Part shown: positions 12,232-25,035 of the stretch, in pieces
How the letters are laid out: each line of letters begins with the position of its first letter
How positions within the stretch are numbered: position 1 is the first letter of the stretch
NCBI GenBank assembly: GCA_964106915.2
Contig: OZ066922.1
Reading direction: 5' to 3' (one strand)
Source: Podarcis gaigeae
Lineage: Eukaryota
Length of the DNA: 64,000 nucleotides
Program-made: the position numbers and the translations under genes
Notes under the pieces: model-generated
The model's input: the letters and a program-made list of their open reading frames with translations, nothing else
Told to the model about the DNA's origin: nothing
Database searches by the model: none

Positions 12232-13695
12232 TCCAGACCCATATTGTACCCAGCCTGATATTTATTTTCAGCCCGCTGCTTATTATTTGTGCCTGTGTTC
12301 AGTCATTATTTAAATTTAGGTTGGTCTGACCTGCTCACTGCAACCTCCAGGATTTTAAAAGATCCCTCAAGCTATGCAAATGGAGAATTCTCTCTCACTG
12401 CCTCTGCTCTGACCTTCTTGTATGTGAAATTGGCTGTTGAAGCCAGTCTTGGGTCCTGGCAAATCCCCATACTTTCCAACCTTTGGAATTCTCGATGGGG
12501 GGACATGTTCATTTTGACCAGTATTAACCTCCACAAGAAGGGAGAGGCACCCTTCCTTAGTCTGGCAAGAGAACCTGGCAACTGATATTCACAACTGATA
12601 TAGTCACCTAAGGACAGGAGGGAGGGGAGCGAGAGAAACGGCCCTTGAGCTTTCCCTCTGCTACTGGCAACTGCTATGCTTTTTGCCAAAGGCAGGGATG
12701 GCAACCAGTTGCCATTCGATGCTTCCTGCCTACTGTAGCAGTCAGTGCTCTTGTACTACTAATGCCAGGGATGAAGAGTAGCTTTAATACACAAGACATT
12801 TAAAATTGTGATATAGTTAACAGTGACAAAGATTGGCAGGGTTTGGGTGGGAGGGTGCATTTTAAAATACTCTGCTTTAAAAGTGTGACACTCCTAACTG
12901 TTTATAAAAGCTTCTCTAAAGAGACAGAAAATATATTCCTTAGTCGTCTTCTTCACGTATTTTGTATGAAAAAGACACTAGCAGAAGAAAACAGATTATG
13001 TAATGTCTGATCCAAAATACTGATTGATTGCCCAGATCAGTTGAGGTTGCACAATCCTTCCAAGACTGCAGTCTGCTGCAGTTCAAAACCGAGTGACAGG
13101 AGCATCCCAGTATGTCTCCTGTGCGGTCCCTAAGGTGAACTGCAACGCTGTGCAAAATGAAAAGCAGGTCATCACACTTCAGCCCAGTATGAAAAGCCTC
13201 CTGTCAGCTGCTTCGCCCCTCCAATTGCTCTTTGTGAGAAGTCTAGCGCTCACCTATTTCCTCAGTATACCAAGTGAACCTGCATGGAGTCAGCTTGTTT
13301 TCAACCCAGTCTCCAGATTGGCTTGAAGTGAACCAGCTCTGTGAGTAGTTTGTCATAAGACTCTGGTTTCATTTGTATGCCATCACTCAAACCACTTTAG
13401 GTTTTTGTTGACATACAAAATTGCAGTCTGGACTACACACAGACTAATTTATTTCCACATTTGATTTGCAATAGCACATTTTTAAGATAAGCAGGCTCAG
13501 CCCCATTGGATAGGTTGTTTGATTACCTCCCAAGTGGGCTAGTTCTTTGAACAATTCCCTCCCCACCCTGGGTGGAGGTGGTTTTGCCCCCATCTCCCTG
13601 GAAGCACAAGTCTCTCAGCACAGGAGCTCTCCTGCTGCTTAGCCAATGAGAAGGTGGCTCCTCACCCCTAACATTGGTCCGAGAGAGCTGAAGCA

Positions 13696-13738
<43 letters not shown>

Positions 13739-14122
13739 CCGCCCATCTGGCTGAGTTTCCCCAGCCACTCTGGGCAGCTCCCAATAAAGTGTTAAAAACA
13801 ATACAGCATTAAATATTAAAAACTTCCCTAAACAGGGCTGCCTTCAGATGCCTTTTAAAGATAAGATAGCTGCTTTTCACCTTCACATCTGAAGGGAGGG
13901 TGTTCAATATGGCGGGCGCCACTACCAAGAAGGCCCTCTGCCTGGTTCCCTGTAACCTCACTTCTCGCAATGAGGGAACTGCCAGAAGGCCCTCGGTGCT
14001 GGACCTCAGTGTCCGGGCTGAACGATGGGGGTGGAGATGCTCCTTCAGGTATACAGGACCGAGGCCGTTTAGGGCTTTAAAGGTCAGCACCAACATTTTG
14101 AATTGTGCTTGGAAACATACTG
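13696..14122 (-). mobile_element. L2-clade LINE 3' end with (TAA)n tail
   Basis: ORF2 C-terminus FKMLVLTFKALNGLGPVYLKEHL...RAFLVVAP...FKRHLKAALF and a microsatellite tail. Confidence 0.85.
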
Positions 14123-15775
14123 TATGGTGCCTGATGTCTGAATTACTTCTGGCTGCAAGCCTGAGGGCCAGTGGCAGAGAGAAAGGTGGCAGCAACAATT
14201 GTATATGCTCAAGACATACTGTAAGGTGTTGTTAATTTGGGCTTACTGGTTAACCTGAGAAACAGTATTATTCTGATATAATGAACAAGGAATTGTAAAG
14301 TCGTTTTACATCTGAGTACAACTCAAGTTATTTCAGCCAAGTTGCAAGAAGCTGCAAAGTTTGCAGGGGAAAGGTAAAGGTTGTAGTGTTGGGGGAATGA
14401 AGCTCCCAGATTCGTATGTATGAACACAGCAAAGTAGGTCACAGACAGCTTTAAAGATACACGAGGAGTGTCATAGACTCCTGTAACAGTTTTTAATGGC
14501 TGTTTGAGATTTGTGAATTTTCCAGAACTCTTCATTTTGCGAGAAACAAAACAAAAAGAATATTCATTCCAGGGGAAAGACACGAAGGGGCTAGAAAGTT
14601 ACAGTTTCTTTTCCTGTCATTGCACCTTTCTCCTTACATGGTCCTGTGCAGATTCCTGAATATTTCAGTCCCTAAGTTTGCCCATCTAGTGTATGGAACA
14701 TCATAGGGCAGCCTTTTGGATGGACAAAAATGTCACTGATTCACAACAGTATATGTGCAATCAGGTTATGCCACTGGCCAGGATTTAAAAATTAATTAAT
14801 TTAGAAAACTGCTGACAGAAAGCAGGAGATTTCAGAATGCTCAGTCTTCTGATAGAAAGTGAGAACAAAGAGAGCAATTGCTCTAAATCTCAAAGAGCTT
14901 AGGGGGCAGACAAAACAAACCTTTGGCTTGTAGGTAAGCTCATTATCACTGTTATTGCATAAGTGGCATGGAAACACAAGCTAAGAACTTATTAGCAAAG
15001 AGAAACTCTCTGGAACAAGAACTGTCCTCTCCTGTGCTCCCAAAGGCCTTATACCTTTCATCTGTGCAATAGGAGCTAAACCAAAACATCCACCCAATGT
15101 ATTTTTGTCAACCGTCCTTCACTTGTTCAAATCCCATGCATATAAGGATTTATTGCATGGGATTTCTTTCCGAATGACAATTCTTTATTAAAAGTTGAGT
15201 CTGATGTGGAATCATTTACCACGACTGAAACTTTCAAATGTTATACTGCCTTACAAATGTCAATAAAAGAGGCAGGCAGGCTATCTCTTGGGACTGCTCC
15301 AGCTCTACATTTCCTGCATTAAGCCCTAGAGAGGTTGAGCTGGATGAAAGCCTTTTCCAGTTGCAGGATTCTAGATGCTGAAGCGGAAGAACGTGAAGGT
15401 TGCCTCATCAATGCTGCTGTGTTTTTCACCAGAATTTTACAGAGTAGCTCAAAGTATCTGTGACAGACATTCCCTGAAAAATAACACTATTATGCAGACA
15501 GGAAAAACACACTTGAACCATTTCTCTTCTTTTTACTTCAGTATACCCCCCCCCCCAGCATCCCTCGGATGAAAATAGGGACATTTCTCACTCCTCATCT
15601 ACTGACTCTCCTCGACCTCCGATTTTTTGACGTTGTCCCCTGCTGCAGAGCATTTCTTATCAGAAGAAGGGTGAGTGCATGCTAATAGGACACAGCACAT
15701 ATGCCCTCCACTGTCCTTAGAAAACCCCTTCATTGCAATGTTATTGTATTTTACTCTTTGGTAGATGTACAAAAA

Positions 15776-16124
15776 TGGACACGGGTGGTGCTGTGGGTTA
15801 AACCACAGAGCCTAGGACTTGCCGATCAGAAGGTCGGCAGTTCGAATCCCTGCGATGGGGTGAGCTCCCGTTGCTCTCTCCCTGCTCCTGCCAACCTAGC
15901 AGTTTGAAAGCACGTCAAAGTGCAAGTAGATAAACAGGTACTGCTCTGGCAAGAAGGTAAACGGCGTTTCCGTGCACTGCTCTGGTTTGCCAGAAGTGGC
16001 TTAGTCATGCTGGCCACATGACTTGGAAGCTGTACACCGGCTCCCTTGGCCAATAAAGCAAGATGAGCGCCACAACCCCAGAGTTGGCCACAACTGGACC
16101 TAATGGTCTGGGGTCCCTTTACCT
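15776..16124 (+). mobile_element. Sauria-type SINE
   Basis: Full length, TSD tagatgtacaaaaa. Confidence 0.9.
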
Positions 16125-16777
16125 TAGATGTACAAAAAGAAAAACACACACCAATAAATTAATTTTAGAAAGAGGCAAAGTTAGATGTGGATGCACAAAG
16201 CATTAAAAAAATAAAATCAAGGCTCTTTGTGCTCTGCTCTGCTCTGCTCCCCGTTTCTTCCAGCCCAGGGTGGCCCTGTCCTATGCCTGCCCCTCAGTCA
16301 GCGTATCATGCGAGGTTGAGACATGGTGGTGGCAGCCTCTCCTCCTCATCACCAGCTCTCCAGCAGCTGCTATGAGTTGACAGAAGGAGGCCAGCGGATG
16401 CTCCCACACCACTGCAACCACCACTGCTTGGGACAAGCGCTGGCTCATCTTCCTCCCCAAGCTCAGCACTGGCGACAGAAATAGGGACATTCCAGGATCA
16501 AACCAGAAGCCGGAATGGCCTTCATAAATTCTGGGACTGCCCCTGGAAAAATCAGGAGACTTGGAGGGGATGCTTCAGTTCCTCTTACTTTTGTCCATTA
16601 TTTTCAGACATCTGCAGCAGGATGAAATGTGACATAATTAGAAATGGATGGCGATCTTCGCCAGGAATGGGCTTGCTTCAAATAGGTTAATCTCGGCTTG
16701 ATTCAACATGGGCCTCAAATAAGTTAATATCCGCTAAGTCCCATCTAGAGTGATAGCTTCAGCACACACCTGATTAT

Positions 16778-17359
16778 TGTGATGGCCTGGGATTCCGATT
16801 CAGAGGCTGAACCAGAGGAATCCCAGCCTGCACAGGAGTCCCCGCCTCCAGGGCCGGCTGAACTGGGGCAGGGCCTTGATTCTGAAGCACCTGCACCTGT
16901 GCCGGATCCTCAGGAGCAGGCACCAGGTGATTCCACTCTGGCTCCAGAGGTGGTTGAGGACTCAGTGCCTGCAGGTGAGTCTCCCCCTGGGCCCAGTAAC
17001 CCTTTAGCCTCTCCTGAACTGCAGAGACTCAGGGCAGAGAGGCGAAGGGAACTGGTTTCTCCCAGGAGGAGTGCTCGCCTTAAGGCCAAGAGAGGCGGGT
17101 CTCCTAGGGGCCGGGGCCGGGGCCGCCCCTGGCCTCAGAACAGATAAAGGCCAGTCGGCCCGGTCCCAGGTTGTGGGAGCAACGTCGTTGTTGAGTACCT
17201 GTTCCTGCCCGGACCCAGACCTGACTCTCCAGTGCCCCTGTCCCCGCCCGGCTTCCTGCTTCGGTCCTCGCCCTGCTCCTTGTGGACTGTTTCCAGGCTA
17301 TTGACCCAGGACCGGACTTTGACTACGCCAACGGTAACCTTCCCCCCGGGACCAGCACA
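16778..17359 (+). mobile_element. Solo LTR (Gypsy-like), 582 bp
   Basis: TGTG...CACA termini, 5-bp TSD attat, GC/CpG-rich in an AT-rich background. Confidence 0.8.
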
Positions 17360-17401
17360 ATTATATTACTGTGGTTGTTGGCAGAATCTTGAATAAATAT
17401 A

Positions 17402-17627
17402 CAGTGGTGCCTCGGGTTACAGATGCTTCAGGTTACAGACTCAGCTAACCCAGAAATAGTACCTCGGGTTAAGATCTTTGCTTCAGGATGAGAACAGAAA
17501 TCATGCTCCGGTGGCGCGGCGGCAGCAGGAAGCCCCATTAGCTAAAGTGGTGCTTCAGGTTAAGAACAGTTTCAGGTTGAGAACGGACCTCCAGAACGAA
17601 TTAAGTTCTTAACCCAAGATACCACTA
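17402..17627. mobile_element. Tc1/mariner-type MITE family A
   Basis: TIRs, TA TSD. Confidence 0.85.
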
Positions 17628-17934
17628 TAGTTCTCATAGATTGACATCTTAGAGGGATCATTAGGAACTAAATCTCTTGGTACCACACTTGTGATACTGT
17701 CCAAGTGATGTCCAGAAGCATCCCAGGTGTAAGAAAACATGGGAAATGTAGTTCCCATGGGTCTTGAAGATTATGCTAGCTTGGACATCAGAACCAATGG
17801 GAATTAGCTCTCCCATGGATCTTTTATGCAAAATATTAAGGCAGCCGCCTTGTAAATTTGGACTGGAAAGGGGAGGGAAAGGCTTGTGCCAGTCTGAATC
17901 CAAGCAAGGCCCATGCATTAGATTAAGATTGGTT

Positions 17935-18385
17935 TTTTTATTTTTTATAATAATATTTATTAATTTTATATAACAAAAATCAACATACATAACAACATGA
18001 TCTTTCTCATTAACCACGTTTCATTCTCATATTTGGACTTCCTCACATCTCTTGTTCCTGCTTTTTAAACACATAGATTTTTCTAGCAAATTATTCACTT
18101 AATTCAGTTTATATCATATAATTGTCCAATATTAAATCTCAAACCTTAGAATTTAAAATCACGTTTAAATTTATATTCCTTGTTACTAATTTGTTGGAAC
18201 CATCTTATTGCAGATCTTACACCTTTCTTAACATTCATACAATTTACAGTATTTTTGTAAATAGTCCTTAAATTTCTTCCAATCCTCCTCCACCAATTCT
18301 TCTCCCTGGTCACGGATTCTGCCGGTCATCTCTGCCAATTCCATATAGTCCATCAGTTGCATCTGCCATTCTTCCAATGTGGTAG
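17935..18385 (-). mobile_element. L1/Tx1-like LINE 3' end; related copy at about 26520-27030
   Basis: Poly-A-like tail and a shared block (gtccttaaattt..tcctcctc..cggattctgcc.gtcat) in both copies. Confidence 0.55.
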
Positions 18386-19739
18386 ATTAAGATTGAACTT
18401 GGGTTTTGGTTTTTGGTTTTTGAACTGGGGGAGTTGTTGCTTTTTGCACTCCCCAGTTCCAAACTTCAGCACCATCACTAGTTCTTTTCACATATGCAAC
18501 CCCCCCCCCAAAAAAACCCCCCACCAGTTTTATTCTTTAAGAGTTATGCAGATAAATATTCTGGCAAGTCAAAGATACAGCAAATGAGGAATATAAGAGG
18601 TGGAGAGTCATTAAATTTCAGTTGTGTCAGTGAAGTGTTCATGACATGCCAAATGAGAAATGAAAAAAGGCAGATTTCAGTTCAGGGCCTGCAGCATGAG
18701 TAACTGGTTAAAGTGTGAAGCTAGTGCTAAAAGGCATACTATTAAGTCAGTGATAAGAAAGGAGCGGATGATCTCTGAGAGAACAATTGTTAGTTCTATT
18801 TTTGAAATATTTTCATTAGTCACCTTAGGGAGGAAAGTAGGAGCATCTATCTGAAATCTGCAGATGGTACCAAGTCATTCTTTTGTTTGCTTCTCCCACT
18901 CCTACCTTTGTATCTTTCCTCCTGCCATTCTGTCAAGCCTACTCAGCCTTGTCCCAGCCCATGTCCTTGGCACATAGGCCACCCCACCCCACCCCACCCC
19001 ACTATCTCAGTCTCTTGTATGCCTCCTAGGGATGAAGGGAGAACTAGAATCCCCTCTTCCATTCCTTTAGTATGGTCTGGGTTTGAGTAGCTCTGCACTC
19101 TAGGGGGCAGTGCTTGCCAGTGTGCCAGGGCTCCTCTGTGGACCAACATGGGGGCAAGACTGCCCCAAGAGGGCTAGTGAAGTGTGCTGTGACCACAGCA
19201 ATAATTGCTAAAACAATTTAGAGATATTTGTGGGATGCGCCTGTGTGTAGATGTGGTTGAGTTCATATTCATGCAAGTAAGCACACATATCATAGGTCTG
19301 GAACATATACAGGAAGTTACCTTAGACCCAAAGTGTGTTTGTTTGTGCATGTATGTCTATGAATTTCTGTGCATTGTATCCATGTACATATGTATTTCTC
19401 AAGTCAACATTTATAACCTCTGCCATCCGTAGTGCTAGGAACGCCATAGTTTTTTTAATAATAAAAAAAACAGAACCAGAGAGTACATCAGTGCTATTTT
19501 ACCTTCCATGCAAGATATGTCTGTACCATGCAATGCGCCCCAGAGATTTGCCTTTATTTTAGTCACCCCTTTTATTGCTGAAAAGAGTTATCCAGTTTAT
19601 CGATCATTACAACAAGTATAAACAAAACCAAATAGATGTTAGAAAAAGACAAAAATAATTTTAAGAAATGACATCAGATCAGATACTAGCTTTTGATACT
19701 TAAATTTTGAAAGATACTTAAATTATGAAACAAAAAGGA

Positions 19740-20780
19740 AAATGTATAAGATCAATTTAGCCTTATCATGGGGAAATTATGTGCAAAGCAGAAGCGACTA
19801 TGAAATAATTATCTCAGAATTACAATACAGTGCCTTCATGTCACCTTCCATGAAATAGCATATTGAAACATATTTAAGGGCATTATCTATTACTAGTTTC
19901 AGTTTAATAACAAGGCAAAAAAACTGAATTACCATGTTGGATGCTCAAAAAGCATTTGATATTGTAGAGAAGCCTTTGTTAAAAAGCAGTATTAACTACA
20001 TTTATTTTGAGAACTCAAGTTTGTGAATTAGTTTTCAAGTATTTATGATAGACCCATTCCTAGGATTACTCCAAGTAATAGATAGCCAGAAACAGCATTA
20101 TTGGAAAGAAGAACACGACAGATTTGTTCCCTTTCGCCAATATTTTTTATTTAGAGTACTAAAATCTGAGCAATAGCAGTAAGAACTAATTAAAGGGATG
20201 TCTCTGAGAAATAAAGAAAGTTAACATTAAATGTTGGTGATAGGGTGTTAATGCTATCAGTGTTAGTGCTTTTTAAAGAAGTATAGCTAGATTTCCAGTA
20301 GTTAAATAAATTAAAGTAGGACATTTTGGGAATAATCATAATACCACAGTCTTTAAAGTTATAGCTTTTTGTAAAAACCCTTGGAAGAAGAAAGTTAATT
20401 ATTTCCATATATTACTTAGCAGTAGACGTTAAAGAATTTTCTTTGAATTATTTGTGAATCAAAGAGATTGCAACCGAGAACAGCAAGAATTGAATGTAAT
20501 TCTAAATTGTTTTTGTTTTTACATTATGAATAAATATACCCAAATAAAGGAGAAAATGATAAAGGTATACATTAACAGGATTAAAAGATCTGGACTTGCA
20601 TGCAAGATTCTATATCAAAACAAGCAAAGGCTCCCTAAATCTGTTCTGGGCTCCTCCCCACCTTGAATTATTTGTGAATCAAAGAGATTGCAACCAAGAA
20701 CAGCAAGAATTGAATGTAATTCTAAATTGTTTTTGTTTTTACATTATGAATAAATATACCCAAATAAAGGGCAAGTAAAT
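19740..20780 (+). mobile_element. Highly decayed L1-clade ORF2 (reverse transcriptase) fragment
   Basis: LDAQKAFD at about 19938-19961 and RRTRQICSLSP (cf. RGTRQGCPLSP) at about 20107-20139; A-rich sense strand. Confidence 0.6.
20443..20770 (+). repeat. 108-bp direct duplication (20443-20550, 20663-20770)
   Basis: Two copies with 1 mismatch, 112-bp spacer. Confidence 0.9.
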
Positions 20781-21166
20781 GTCTTGGCTACTCCTGTAAT
20801 TCATTCCTTTTATACACGTTGGAAAACGATCCAGCTTAAGTACTGTTAATTGTCTCATATGCATCCTTCTAGTTTAATGATTAGGTTCAAAATTTTAGAT
20901 TTGATCCAGTTCAAGATCACAGTATATGTTTAAACCTGACAATTGTGTTAGTTCTTAAAATAGAATAGAATACTTTCTACTATGTATAGATATGAATAAA
21001 AATTGAGGACAATTTTTTGTTTGAAAACTTTCAATTATAGCATATATTTAGTTATTTATAGTGCAACTCCATGCATGTCTTATCAGAAGAAAGTCCCATT
21101 GAGTTAAATGGAACTTACTCCCAGGTAAATTATTGGAGTTCATCCTTAGTGAGCAATATTGGAATA

Positions 21167-21406
21167 CAGTGGTACCTCTAGTTGCGGGCTTAATCTGTTT
21201 CGGGGTGCTGTTTGCACCCCGAAAAGTCTGCAACTAGAGTGCCTCTTCCGCGCATGTGCTATCGAGCGCTTCTGCACATGGGCGAGGTGCGCAGATCACT
21301 TCTGTGCATGTGCGCGTGGCGAACCCAAAGTAAACACTTCCAGGTTTGCCGTGTTCATAAGTTGAAAGTCCATAACAAGAGCAGAACGCAACTAGAGGTA
21401 CCACTG
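21167..21406. mobile_element. Tc1/mariner-type MITE (CAGTGGTACCTCTAGTTGCG TIR)
   Basis: 20-bp perfect TIRs, TA TSD. Confidence 0.85.
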
Positions 21407-22639
21407 TACACTGGAACTTGGTTTGAAAATTTGTTAAGTGTACTTACAAGATACCATCTAAGGTATATAGTACTTGGTTTAATGGTAGAATGGGGAAGGA
21501 AAAATGAAAATGCATTTACGGAAAAGGTCAAAGTATTGTGAAATAGAAATAAACGGAGAGCCATAGGTTTGAGCCATGAATTTTTCTGGGTGACTGAAAT
21601 ATAAAACACTGAATGGAGCAGGCCAGTTTTTCCACACACAACATGAAAAGAAAAGGCCTGTACATTTTGCTTCATATCTCAGACTCTACAAATAAATGCT
21701 AGAAACGTACCTGTTTAAAAATGATAGCTGGGGATCTGGAGAACATTGTTTTTTATTGGGGTGGGGGTGTTCCTACCCTGCTGAACACCCATGCGGAGAA
21801 CTGTATTTCTGAAAGAACTCCACTTTTCAATTTCAAAGGCACTGATGGAAAAATCATTTTATATTTTTGTATAATTGTTATAACTTCCCATCAGCAGAGT
21901 TGCTGCTGTTTGCTGGAAGGAGAAACTGCTTCTTGTTTTTGAATTTTTGTATAGTAGTATGGAGGCAAAAGCTGGTCATAAAAAGGATTCCATCAAAAGT
22001 GAATTTGAGTGATATCACAAAATTCTGGTTCTTTCACATTATAGTATGCTGTGTAAAATGAAGCATAGCTCATTCTGCCTATTTAGTAGCTATCATGGGA
22101 GTTCTCATCTGACAGGTACAATTGGAGGCAAAAAATAGTGGTAAGTGCTCAAGTGGACAATTCTTAGAAGGGGGTATTATTTGAATATTATGAGATTGTT
22201 TAACTTTCTCTTTTAAACCCCTGCATTGCCAGAAGCAACTTTGAATAATAGCAGTTTGATACAAAAAGACACAGCAGTAAATTATAAATAGTAAATTGTA
22301 TTAGACTACAGTTGAATATAAAAACATTTATAGAATTAAAGGCTCAGTTGTACCAATCCTTCAATACAAAGTACAGTGACATTACTGACTTTCCAATAGA
22401 TTGAGCACTGTTCTCTAAGTATCTGCAGCTATATTTGCAATAAATGTTATGAATTCGGGTAAATATTCTTTTGACTACTTATTTGCAAGAGTAAATAAGT
22501 ATACTGTTTATGGAATACTGTTATAGTTGCTAAAGCCCAGAGTACAATGCACTAATATCTGAATTGTGTCAGTAGTATTAGTGCCACTTTTCATAAAATA
22601 GCAACTTCTTTGCTTGAGAGCACCTCCATATTTTAAGTA

Positions 22640-22994
22640 CAGTGGTGCCTCACAAGACGAAATTAATTCGTTCCGCGAGTTTTTTCGTCTTGCAATTTTT
22701 TCGTCTTGCAAAGCACGGACTTTGGAAAAGCTTCAAAAATCACCAAAGTCTTCAAAAACCTCAAAAAAAGGCTACCACATCGCGTGCTATGAGTTGCTCC
22801 TCGAAGTGAATGCACAGTTTTAAGAAAAAGGAAACAAACTTGCAAGACAAAGGAAACAAACTTGCAAGACGTTTTCGTCTTGCGAAGCAAGCCCATAGGG
22901 AAATCCGTCTTGCGAAGCAACTCAAAAAACGAAAAACTCTTTCGTTTTGCGAGTTTTTCGTCTTACGCGGCATTCGTCTTGCGAGGTACCACTG
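22640..22994. mobile_element. Tc1/mariner-type MITE family B (CAGTGGTGCC.CGCAAGACG TIR)
   Basis: TIRs, TA TSD, internal CGTCTTGCGA repeats. Confidence 0.85.
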
Positions 22995-24901
22995 TATTCA
23001 GTGGGAAAGTTGTATTAAGTGGGAAAATACATGTAAGACATGATCTCAATCAGAAAATGGGACAAATTAAAACACTGAAATGAAATGAAATGAAAACAAA
23101 CGATAGACACACTTACTTCATTTGGGCCCACAGCAACTGAAGGCAAGAAATGTTCATCTAGGTGAACATGGATTTGCGCATAAGCAGGTTCTGGAAACAA
23201 CACAGGAAGCCACACTGTTGACCCAAAGGTCATGATCAAGCACCCCTGTGAGAGTTTTTGTTTCAGCCACCTTTTGAGGCAAACTTGGGAAATCAAAATG
23301 CAAATCTCTATTTTCAAAAGGGGCCATGGATTCTGCATAAACTACCCCTTACAATATTCTATAAAATCATGTGACAATTTCTTAAGATGTTGAACCAAAC
23401 GCTAAACTACATGAAATAAACAAAGTGAGATAAACAAAGAAAATGGCACAGTCATGAAATGTGGACAGGAATAATATATTAACCTGTTTCAGTAGAGTAA
23501 ATAATAAATTGGATTTGACGGAGGGGAAGATGGCAGAGATACCAGTTCATTCTACATGGTACCGCTGAATCCAGAGTCACTAGTTACATCTAATAAAAAA
23601 AGGAAAGTCAGGGTGTTGCTTTAGTAGAAAAGTTACTTGTAAAAAACCCCAAAAACCCCAGAGGAAGTCATTGACAGCATACCTATTTTATCAAGAGATG
23701 AGGTTGCCATAAATGTTGTTTTTCAAAAGTCCAACTAAACAAGCCAAAAAAGAAGAAAGGTGGTGTATCCACAGATAATAGGAATCCACCAGCAGAATGG
23801 GGAGGGAGGCAATTTTTATTTATCAAATTATTTATCTCCCAAAAGAGTCCAGGGTGGCATTTTTGGAGATGTGCCACTGGTCCCACCCCTGGTCCATTCC
23901 TCTGACGGACTCCCTCCATCAGCACATGGTTGCCACTGAAGATTACCCATAATGTTCAGCATAGCTGGTGTGCCTTAATTCTGCAATTTCTACTGTGAAT
24001 TACGGACTGCAACTTGGTTTATTCAAGGTGCGATTGGCTGTTGCTTTGCTGTTCAGCATTGCCTCTACCATTATGATTTTGTTTAAGAACTGAGCTAGTG
24101 TGCTACAGCACTGAGGCACCAGCTCAAAGGCCAGAATGTGGGCTTGCTGTTGTCCCTTACGATGCTGCCAAGACAAAGTGGGACAGTAGAGTGGCAGCTG
24201 CCTTTGGTCAGGCAAGTAGCAAGTAGGTGTGTGAGCCTATTTTCCTGTGTATCTTTTCCTGGGAAGTGGAGCAAAGCTTCACTTGCCATACGATTAGGCT
24301 TTGCCTGCATTGGCAATAGTGTTGCTGCTGCAACTATTAAAGAGAAACTGTTTGGTAATATCTTATTTCTTCATTATAATTAATAATTACGTTTCCTATG
24401 CAACTCAAGAGTTGCCAAAAAGCAGAAATATAGAGACTGGAAATTTAAAGCTGTATCTGTTCTACAACAGTGATTCTTATGAGAAATCTGTCTTTGACTT
24501 TTGAAAAATAGCATGAAAAGCTACCTTAACTCTTAACAAAACACAGCATTCTTGTCAATACGCATGCTGTATAGACCAATATTTAATGTATACTTAGCTA
24601 CATGTACATCCTTGTTAACACACAACACATTCAAATGTCTTTAAATTAAATGCCACAGTTTGAAATCATTTGTATTTGATACCTGATTTGTCAAGATAGT
24701 AAAAAAATTACAACGTAAATGATCTGTCATACATGTGTACAACCAATGTTTTTACACACAAACCCACACACCCCATGCTACCAGTTTTCCAATTGGAAAT
24801 GAATAGATTGGAATGAATCTGGTACAAATCTGAAAACGATGGCAGCGTTCAGTTAAATTAATAAACTCATGAAACATTTACAAGTACTATGTTAGGGGCA
24901 G

Positions 24902-25035
24902 CTATGAAGAGCCTTTCTTCTTCTGTTCCAGCTCTTGCAGACGCTCTTCTCTGAACTGAGCATGTTGTGTCCCTACTTTATGAGCAGTCTCTGTCGCTGT
25001 GATGTCAATCTGGGCATATTTAGTTGATCCACTCC
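24902..25035 (-). CDS. DOK7: DOK7 long-isoform terminal exon 11 (GSGSTKYAQIDITATETAHKVGTQHAQFREERLQELEQKKKGSS*)
   Basis: tag acceptor, phase 1, TAG stop at 24904-24902. The 11 exons sum to 2031 nt = 677 codons. Confidence 0.85.

Noticed and set aside
15776-15860. tRNA genes in SINE heads
   Set aside because: Only A/B-box-like heads continuous with SINE bodies; no full cloverleaf.
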